From the IMG/VR virus record IMGVR_UViG_3300032104_000069, positions 1 to 42,560 of that record: a stretch of DNA of 42,560 nt. One strand, 5' to 3'. Every line of letters begins with the position of its first letter. Position 1 is the first letter of the stretch. This DNA comes from a virus. Its lineage: Duplodnaviria; Caudoviricetes. A model generated the notes under the pieces. The model worked only from the letters and a program-made list of their open reading frames with translations, searched no databases and was not told the origin of the DNA. The position numbers and the translations under genes are program-made. This document shows, one piece after another, positions 36,342 through 42,560 of this stretch.

Positions 36342-36605
36342 CTACGCGATCCTCCCAAGGAGCAACTCGGCTTCTTCTGAAATCGGCTCGTCGTCGATGC
36401 TTTCGATCCCCAGCATCGACCACACGTCGGCAGCAATTACAAACACCGTTTTGTGAACACGCTTGGCGCGCAACGTACCATCGTCGATCAGCGCATCTAC
36501 GAAGTCCGTTGAGCGGCCCAGGGTCTCAGCCACCTCAATACGGCTGAGCGCAACGCGTCGGACCAGGTGCGCGGGGATTTCGTGCATTTGCGCGGGCGCG
36601 GTCAT
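36342..36605 (-). CDS. xis: Excisionase / HTH recombination directionality factor
   Basis: ALSRIEVAETLGRSTDFVDALIDDGTLRAKRV, directly upstream of int. Confidence 0.78.
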   Translation of the reverse strand: MTAPAQMHEIPAHLVRRVALSRIEVAETLGRSTDFVDALIDDGTLRAKRVHKTVFVIAADVWSMLGIESIDDEPISEEAELLLGRIA

Positions 36606-36838
36606 CGGCTACCTGCTGTTCCGAAATCGGTTCTGCCGCAGTCTTCCCAACCGATGCTCTTGGACGCTGCTGTATGTGCAGCGCCACCCACCTCGGTGCG
36701 CTTGCGAGCCATCACCTCCGCGTAGTATTTCCCCGTGTCTCCCTTGAACATCGCGTCTCCGACCGGAGAGAAGCGCCAGAGACGAAGAAGATCCCGATAG
36801 TTCGCGTCGTCGATCCACTCTTTCTGCTCCTCGGTCAT
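36602..36838 (-). CDS. Small hypothetical phage protein
   Basis: MTEEQKEWIDDANYRDLLRLWRFSPVGD..F.G.TG.YY...ASKSIGW; its stop is coupled to the xis start. Confidence 0.7.
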   Translation of the reverse strand: MTEEQKEWIDDANYRDLLRLWRFSPVGDAMFKGDTGKYYAEVMARKRTEVGGAAHTAASKSIGWEDCGRTDFGTAGSR

Positions 36839-36890
36839 CTCCGTGGAACTACCTCGAAGGCCTTCACGAACCGAGTTTGGAAGTTGATCG

Positions 36891-37322
36891 TCAGCACAGA
36901 GACGCCGCGTCCTCTGTCTCGAGCTCTGCTTTGGTCCGAATGGCAGATCTCCATCGGACAGAGTGAAAACCAAGAAGCCGCTCCATGTCGTGGCCGATAT
37001 TCCAACAAGCTTCGTCGATCGCGACGTTGCAAAGATCACAGGGTACGTCGACTGGATCGACGTTCGCGCAATTATCAGTCAGGGCTACGGTAATAAGATC
37101 CAACGCTTCGGCGAAACTGTTCATCCCTTTCAGCGAGGCAGAGCAGAGGGGTTGCAGTAAATCCAGAAACGCATCTTTTTGTTCTCTGAAAATTTGCTCG
37201 CGCTGCGCTGTGCGTGCGGCGCGTTCCCGATCCTCGATCCAATCCGCTACGAATGCTACATCTGCGTCATCTACAAACTGACTCAGGAAGGATTTTAAGG
37301 CTAAACGGACCGGCTCAGGCAT
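36891..37322 (-). CDS. Hypothetical protein with a C-terminal CxxC..C..H zinc finger
   Basis: VPCDLCNVAIDEAC...FHSVR. Confidence 0.6.
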   Translation of the reverse strand: MPEPVRLALKSFLSQFVDDADVAFVADWIEDRERAARTAQREQIFREQKDAFLDLLQPLCSASLKGMNSFAEALDLITVALTDNCANVDPVDVPCDLCNVAIDEACWNIGHDMERLLGFHSVRWRSAIRTKAELETEDAASLC

Positions 37323-37379
37323 CCGCCAAGCCCTCGACGAGACGCGCAAATCGCTTTCGAAAATTGAAACCGGACACGG

Positions 37380-37721
37380 CTACTCCTCGATAGCCTTCTG
37401 CTGATTTTTTGCCTTCGCCTTCGCCTCGGTCTCTGCCTCTGCTGCTGCTGCCGCCTGCTTCTGAGCGCGTGCGACCGCCGCTTCGAAAGCGGCGTTCTCG
37501 CGGTCCTGGTCGTCGGCGAGGAAATAGCAGCGACATCGCTCGTTCGTAGCGAGTTGGCACGCCATTCCGTCATCCGAGAGCCGAACACATCGCGCGCTTG
37601 AGATGCGCCGGTTTTTCACGACCTCGACGATATAATTCTGGAGACTTTCCAACTTCGCGATCCGCGTGTCGTAATTCGCGCAAGACGCGAGCAGTAAACA
37701 AAGGATCGCTAGAACTTTCAC
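37380..37721 (-). CDS. Lipoprotein
   Basis: Lipobox in MKVLAILCLLLASC; GGAGG RBS; Ala/Glu/Lys-rich tail. Confidence 0.75.
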   Translation of the reverse strand: MKVLAILCLLLASCANYDTRIAKLESLQNYIVEVVKNRRISSARCVRLSDDGMACQLATNERCRCYFLADDQDRENAAFEAAVARAQKQAAAAAEAETEAKAKAKNQQKAIEE

Positions 37722-38023
37722 AGCGCCTCCTCTTGGGTCTTCCTGTCAGCATCCTCAGGCTCGATGGTTGGCCGATCCCACGCCGCCAACCCGATGCTAG
37801 GATCCAGGGTGATGGTCATCCCGCGGTAGCTGAACGTGAGCTTCAGGTCTCGTTCGCGCTCTGGCGGAATTGCGCCGCCGATGATTAGCTTTTCGATCAC
37901 GTCCCAGTAGGACTCGATGAACAACTCAAGCCCGATGGCGTTAAGAAGGCGGTCCATTAGCACTTGATTGCCGACCGTCTCGAAATCGCGAGATTGGTTG
38001 CGGAGATCTCGGCGTTCAGACAT
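37718..38023 (-). CDS. Hypothetical protein
   Basis: 101-aa ORF whose stop is coupled to the lipoprotein start. Confidence 0.6.
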   Translation of the reverse strand: MSERRDLRNQSRDFETVGNQVLMDRLLNAIGLELFIESYWDVIEKLIIGGAIPPERERDLKLTFSYRGMTITLDPSIGLAAWDRPTIEPEDADRKTQEEAL

Positions 38024-38562
38024 TGCTCAGTGATTCCTCGGGTGTCGCGACGTGGTACGAACCGCACCGGTTTCCGCTTTTGACGGAAACAGGGGCTCCT
38101 CGGATCGCGAGAGCCCGCGCCGCGACATAAAAGGGCAATTGATCGGGTGTCGCTTGAAACCCCTGGATCGACCTCCCTTGAAAAACGTGCGAGCACCCCG
38201 CGCACGGGCTATCTGCGGGTCCGGGTCGTGGGATGCTCGGGTCACCGCCTCACCTCCGTGATGATCGATCGGCGACCTCTCCGCGGGGACTTCCCGCAGG
38301 AGAAAAAACTCTGGCCTGCACACCGAACACGACGGGGCACACCATCAAGGCTGCGATGACCGCCCACGTCATATCGGCCACCTCGTAGACGGCCCAGCGC
38401 TGGATCACCGAAAGCCCCACATTCGGTCACGTTTGGCCAGCTGCTCGGCAGACCGAACAAAGCGGCTGATTTGGAGGCGACGCACGAGCTCGCGCAGTGG
38501 ACGAACACGGCCGAGGGTGTAACCGACAGCGAGAACGGTTAGAAGGATCGGCCAGTCTCCCA

Positions 38563-39195
38563 TCACAGCGGACCCAGCCCAAGCGGTATCAGTCTTTTCA
38601 GCAGCGCGAGGGTCAGCCGGCAATCCGCGAGTGCGTCGTGCGCGCTCGACGTGTCAATCTTGAAGAACTCGCAGAGCGTCGCGAGCTGGAAGTTCGCCGG
38701 AGGCGGCGATTTCTTCATCGTGGACAAATGCCAGAGCGCGAGCTGAAGAACGTCGAGTGGGTACCACCAGCAGAACGGCGTGTAGTCGTCATCCCAGAGA
38801 GCGCGCAGTCGCGTGATGTCGAAGGGCGCGTTATGGGCGATCAGCCGGACGGTCTGGTAGGGATCCCCGGTCTTCTTCGAGATCAGCTCATAGCCCTGGT
38901 TTTTGCGGAAGAACTTGTCAAGCATCTCGCGAGCGCTGACGGGCCCGACGGCCTCGTCGTACCAGATCTCCGCGTTGTAGTGGTTTATCTTGAGCGCCTT
39001 CGGGTCGCAGGCGTTCACGTCGAACTTGAGCTTCACCTCGATCTCGTCAACGGTCTCACGGGTGGCGTCGTCGAAGACCAGCGCGGCGATCTGGATCGTC
39101 GGGTGCTCCGGGTTCACGCCGCCGGTCTCGCAGTCGATGATGCAGCTCGTCGGCGTCGCGCGCGGGAGCTGAGTTTTGTCGGGGCCGTTATTCAT
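38563..39195 (-). CDS. DEDDh 3'-5' exonuclease (DnaQ-like)
   Basis: IIDCETGG, AHNAPFD and AHDALAD motifs. Confidence 0.93.
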   Translation of the reverse strand: MNNGPDKTQLPRATPTSCIIDCETGGVNPEHPTIQIAALVFDDATRETVDEIEVKLKFDVNACDPKALKINHYNAEIWYDEAVGPVSAREMLDKFFRKNQGYELISKKTGDPYQTVRLIAHNAPFDITRLRALWDDDYTPFCWWYPLDVLQLALWHLSTMKKSPPPANFQLATLCEFFKIDTSSAHDALADCRLTLALLKRLIPLGLGPL

Positions 39196-39524
39196 TGTGG
39201 CGCCTCCTGGCGCTGCGTCTCGGACGCGTCGTGATCGGCGCGTTGGCCCTCAACGATGGTCGCTATTTCCGCCCTGATTTCGTCGGGGGAGTCTGCGAAG
39301 TAGCGCTGCAGGTAGCGGGTGATCTTGTCGCGGTACTCGGCAAGCTCGTATCCGAGCAGATCCCACTCGTCCGAGAGACCTGTCTCCCAATCAATCAGCT
39401 GGACGTGGGAGATCTCGACGAGCTCGACCTCGCCGTCGATTGCGGTCAGGCTGCAGTCGACTTCGAGGTAGTCGCCGGTTCCGTCTTCCAGGTCGAAGGT
39501 GGTGCGGCGGAGGACGGAGGTCAT
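39192..39524 (-). CDS. Acidic hypothetical protein
   Basis: ATG at 39524 is coupled to the upstream stop; very Asp/Glu-rich. Confidence 0.65.
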   Translation of the reverse strand: MTSVLRRTTFDLEDGTGDYLEVDCSLTAIDGEVELVEISHVQLIDWETGLSDEWDLLGYELAEYRDKITRYLQRYFADSPDEIRAEIATIVEGQRADHDASETQRQEAPQ

Positions 39525-39820
39525 TACGGCGCTCCCGCGCGGATCTGATCGCGACAACGCCTGGCGTCGTTCTGTAAACCGGCGCACCCGAACTCGATCG
39601 CAGCGCGGCGGTAGAAGATGTCGGCTTCCCGGTCATTGCCGGAGCGCGCGGCGCATCGAGCGCGACTCTCGTTGGGCTGGCCTTCGTAACGGCAGTTGGA
39701 GCGTGCGAGCTCGGCCAGCTCGAGCGCTTGCTCGAGCACCTTGATCGTGGGCGAGGAATAGAAAAAGGAGGCGCCGTTCAGCTTCTCCATCACGCGGCCG
39801 GGCTCGCGGGTGTCGGTCAT
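39524..39820 (-). CDS. Helical hypothetical protein, paralog of 40620-40913
   Basis: C-terminus RRAAIEFGCAGLQNDARRCRDQIR. Confidence 0.65.
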   Translation of the reverse strand: MTDTREPGRVMEKLNGASFFYSSPTIKVLEQALELAELARSNCRYEGQPNESRARCAARSGNDREADIFYRRAAIEFGCAGLQNDARRCRDQIRAGAP

Positions 39821-39937
39821 GCCGCGCACCTCGCGGTGGCTATACCGCGGCGCACATCATTCGGGAGGGGACAGCCCGTCTGACCGGACCGCCCCCGATC
39901 CCCCCTGCCCGGCAAGGGCAAACAGGAGGAATCAAAC

Positions 39938-40123
39938 TTGGAGACCAACATATGGAAATCGATGACGCCGCGAGCGGAAGCCGCGAAACCAACCAGGCCG
40001 GCACCGAAACCCCCGTCGCGGCCGCCGCGACCGGCACCGACACCGACACCGGCACGCAGAGAGAAAGGCCGTCCGATTCCGACGAATCCGCCTCCGGCGA
40101 CCCCGCCGCCGAAGAAACGCTGA
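39938..40123 (+). CDS. Possible Pro/Arg/Lys-rich peptide overlapping the SLATT-like gene
   Basis: AGGAGG RBS precedes TTG at 39938; the peptide ends PPPATPPPKKR. Confidence 0.4.
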   Translation: METNIWKSMTPRAEAAKPTRPAPKPPSRPPRPAPTPTPARREKGRPIPTNPPPATPPPKKR

Positions 40124-40644
40124 ACGTCGCCTTTAACTGTCACGTCTCGGCGCTCTACAACAAAGCGCGGGAGGGCCATCTCGACGGCTGGCACCGATGG
40201 ATGATGTTTCTGGTCATCGTTTCGGGGAGCGGCGCGGTATTGATACTTTCCAACGGCGGTGATTTCTACCGCCCCGTCATGCTGATCCCGGCGGTGCTCG
40301 GCGCAGCGGATATCGCCTTCAGCTTCAGCATACGTGCCAGAGACCACGCACTTTTCGCGCGCCGACATCTGGACATTTGGGCTCGCGCCGGCATTGGAGC
40401 CGCAGAGGAGAGGGAGCTTAAGGCGGAGTTCCTGCAGGTGTGCGCCGAAGAGCCTCCGCCGTTCGAAGCCCTGCACGCGGTCTGTTACAACCAGGCGTGT
40501 CGCGTGGCGAGACGGGACGATGCAATTCTCGACATCCCTCGCCACCACCGGTGGCTGAAGAACTGCATTCGGTTCTCGGGCAGGGAGTACAAACCACCGC
40601 AGAAGAAGGTTGGATGTGGTCACCAGACGCTGTCACGGATCTGA
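39952..40644 (+). CDS. SLATT-like two-TM membrane protein (moron)
   Basis: S..Y...R......HRW, TM1, TM2, then RARDH...RR and AEEPP..AL...CYN. Oriented opposite to its neighbours. Confidence 0.65.
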   Translation: MEIDDAASGSRETNQAGTETPVAAAATGTDTDTGTQRERPSDSDESASGDPAAEETLNVAFNCHVSALYNKAREGHLDGWHRWMMFLVIVSGSGAVLILSNGGDFYRPVMLIPAVLGAADIAFSFSIRARDHALFARRHLDIWARAGIGAAEERELKAEFLQVCAEEPPPFEALHAVCYNQACRVARRDDAILDIPRHHRWLKNCIRFSGREYKPPQKKVGCGHQTLSRI

Positions 40645-40913
40645 TCGCGGCAGCGCTTGGCGTGAGATTCCATGCAGGCAGCGCTGTACTCGATTGCGGC
40701 GCACCGGAATAGGCCATTGGCGCGAAGTTGGTCGCCGGAAGCGGAAGCGGCTTCTGCCTGATGCCGATACGCGTTACCCCAATAGACGCACATCGCCTTC
40801 GCTCGTTCAGGGGTCGCGCGCGCTTCTTCCACCGCTTTGACGCTGGCGGAGTCTTCGCCGGGCGCCCTTTCGATATCCGCGATCGCGCGGTCTGGCTGGC
40901 GGGTGGGGTCCAT
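40620..40913 (-). CDS. Helical hypothetical protein, first gene of the leftward early operon
   Basis: GGAGG RBS. C-terminus RCAAIEYSAACMESHAKRCRDQIR. Confidence 0.65.
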   Translation of the reverse strand: MDPTRQPDRAIADIERAPGEDSASVKAVEEARATPERAKAMCVYWGNAYRHQAEAASASGDQLRANGLFRCAAIEYSAACMESHAKRCRDQIRDSVW

Positions 40914-40966
40914 GGCGGCCTCCGGTCGGTGTGTGCGCCCATATCGCACACGCCAGATTTGCGCAT

Positions 40967-40997
40967 ATTAATTGCACAAAAGCGGGCCATCCGTCAA
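40967..40997 (-). promoter_or_regulatory. pL-like promoter/operator
   Basis: Minus strand reads TTGACGGATGGCCCGCTTTTGTGCAATTAAT and shares CTTTTGTGCAAnTAAT with the rightward site. Confidence 0.6.
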
Positions 40998-41052
40998 GGC
41001 TCCACCGTGCAAGTTTTTTACACTGGCATTAAAAACTTCGATTCAACGCGGA

Positions 41053-41301
41053 TTATTGCTCGGGGGGTGGGCGGTGGTCCCAAATGGCCTCGACCCGGAT
41101 TCGGAAGGTCCGTGCGACTTCTTCTGCGGTGGGATAACTGAGGTTGGCGGTTCCGGCCTCCACCGCATAAAGCATGCGTTTTCCAACACTTATACTGCTA
41201 GCTAGGGCCGGGACATTGAGTCCGCGACGCTCACGCCAGTAGCGCAAGTTCTCCCCCATGAAGGGGTGGATCGGTGGTCGAGACTTGCGGTGCAGTGCCA
41301 T
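41053..41301 (-). CDS. XRE-family HTH repressor (CI-like; start uncertain)
   Basis: GENLRYWRERRGLNVPALA..ISV....LYAVEAG..NLSY..A..VA..F. Confidence 0.85.
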   Translation of the reverse strand: MALHRKSRPPIHPFMGENLRYWRERRGLNVPALASSISVGKRMLYAVEAGTANLSYPTAEEVARTFRIRVEAIWDHRPPPEQ

Positions 41302-41367
41302 CTCAGGACACATCTTAGCCAGAAGACTGCTTGGATCCGCACCGTTACGGTTGATCGTGGAACAAAC

Positions 41368-41397
41368 TTGACAGTCGCTCTCTTTTGTGCAAGTAAT
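41368..41397 (+). promoter_or_regulatory. pR-like promoter/operator
   Basis: TTGACAGTCGCTCTCTTTTGTGCAAGTAAT, just before the Cro-like gene. Confidence 0.62.
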
Positions 41398-41404
41398 TTC
41401 CACT

Positions 41405-41638
41405 GTGCGCGAACGGAATCCCTACCGACGGCTGAAGAAGCGGCTGGGGCTGACGTGGGACGATGTTGCCGCGATCCTCGGCATCTCACACGGCTACGCC
41501 CGCAAGCTCGGTTGCGGCCAGCACCGTTCGGTCACGGCTTTCCGCGCCAAGCAGTGGGAAGAGCGAAGCCAAGGTGAGATCAAGGCCCACGACATCCTGC
41601 GTTGGGCGCTCGAGGACCCGAAGGATGCGACTGCATAA
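41405..41638 (+). CDS. Cro-like HTH protein
   Basis: LKKRLGLTWDDVAAILGISHGYARKL..G; divergent from the repressor. Confidence 0.8.
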   Translation: MRERNPYRRLKKRLGLTWDDVAAILGISHGYARKLGCGQHRSVTAFRAKQWEERSQGEIKAHDILRWALEDPKDATA

Positions 41639-42146
41639 GTGGCATCAGGCGAACCGCCGCCAACGCGCTGGTGGTATCGCCGCATGACCCGCGCGCTCAC
41701 GGTCTGCGGTCTCTACCTGGTTCTCTCCGAAAGAGTTTCCCCCCGCGCCTTCGAGAGGCGCTGTCTGCTCACCCGATCAGCATTGTCTCTCGGGGGCGCG
41801 TTTCGTGTCAACCGGTGAGATTGGGGGCGGTCGCATGATCCGCCCGCGCCTAGCCCTGCGGATCACCGAGGACGATCTGTCCGACGGCCAGGTCATTCGA
41901 TACGTCGGTGTTCGGCCTCCCGGTGTCATCCGCAGGCTATGGGCCCAGCTTCAAAGGGCCGGAGGATAAACCGATCGCTTCTCGCGTTTACAATGTGGCT
42001 CAGTGATGAACTGACTCGACGACCATTGCCAGGATCGGCGACTGAGCTCGCATAGCCAGTAGAAATATCCCCCCCAAAAAATCAGTGCGGCACCAGAAGC
42101 GAAAGCAATCCGCCGCACTAGAACCAGCCTCTCAGTGGGGGGATCC

Positions 42147-42560
42147 ATGGCAGATGTTCAAAAGGAGAAAGGCTTCGTCCCGATCGCTGACGAGCTCCTG
42201 AGCGCGCTCTTGCGATCGAACGTCCCGCGCACGCATGAAAAGGTGATGCTCGCGGTCATGGACAAGACCTACGGCTGGCAGAAGAAGGCCGCTCGAGTGT
42301 CCATCGGCCAGATCGCCAAGTTCTCCGGCGTCGATCGCCGTCATGTTCAACACACTCTCATCGACCTCGAGCACTGGGGAATGATCGAGCGTGAAGCCGC
42401 CTCCGGCAACCAAATCCGGACCATCGCGGTGGTCAAGGATTATGATCTCTGGGTGATCCCAGAAGCGGGATCGCGGTCGCATCATCGACGGCCCTGCGCG
42501 CCTGAGGGAGAACCCCCCACCTGCGCCCCCAGGCACGCAGCCCCCCCCTGCGCGCCTGGG
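42147..42560 (+). CDS. Replication initiator, lambda O-like N-terminus (partial; absent from the ORF track)
   Basis: MADVQKEKGFVPIADELLSALLR...KVMLAVMDKTYGWQKK..RVS..QIA..SG. The frame is open to the window end. Confidence 0.9.
   Translation, partial: MADVQKEKGFVPIADELLSALLRSNVPRTHEKVMLAVMDKTYGWQKKAARVSIGQIAKFSGVDRRHVQHTLIDLEHWGMIEREAASGNQIRTIAVVKDYDLWVIPEAGSRSHHRRPCAPEGEPPTCAPRHAAPPCAPG
42492..42560 (+). repeat. Replication-origin iterons inside the initiator gene
   Basis: CCTGCGC starts at 42493, 42520 and 42547 (27-bp period). CCCTGCGCGCCTG occurs twice. Confidence 0.7.

Larger units (their letters stand above)
1..42560. mobile_element. Temperate tailed phage (lambda-like head, Mu-like contractile tail), near-complete, probably excised form
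   Basis: Head, tail, lysis, integration, immunity and replication modules are all present. No host housekeeping genes are seen. The attP-like core is flanked by phage genes on both sides. Confidence 0.95.

Noticed and set aside
29752-40644. Complete CBASS system (patatin plus SLATT)
   Set aside because: No CD-NTase is present and the two genes are about 9 kb apart.

Overview
The window is almost entirely one GC-rich temperate tailed phage. An intact attP-like site with phage DNA on both sides suggests it is in the excised or free form. Left to right it contains: a leftward regulatory operon (sigma-region-4-like regulator, HTH); a promoter followed by about 500 nt of apparently structured non-coding sequence; a gpZ-like gene; a lambda cosQ-like site; a ParB-methyltransferase; a lambda-like head module (Nu1, gpA, gpW, portal, S49 protease with nested scaffold, gpD, gpE); a Mu-like contractile tail module with a -1 frameshift chaperone; a tail fibre and a duplicated small gene; three signal-peptide-bearing Cys-rich proteins, one with a Myxococcus-type Cys repeat; a holin candidate, an M15 endolysin and a patatin. 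A leftward accessory and early arm follows (duplicated Zn proteins, RtcB, tRNA-3'-end attP, endonuclease VII, integrase, Xis, lipoprotein, DEDDh exonuclease, SLATT-like moron), then a CI/Cro switch and the start of a lambda-O-like initiator with iterons. The host may be a Myxococcota-like Gram-negative bacterium (inference). The most unusual elements are the exported Cys-rich tail-fibre-like cassette (25045-28289) and the candidate pseudoknotted ncRNA (2608-2890). All family calls come from motif recognition by eye; no searches were run.
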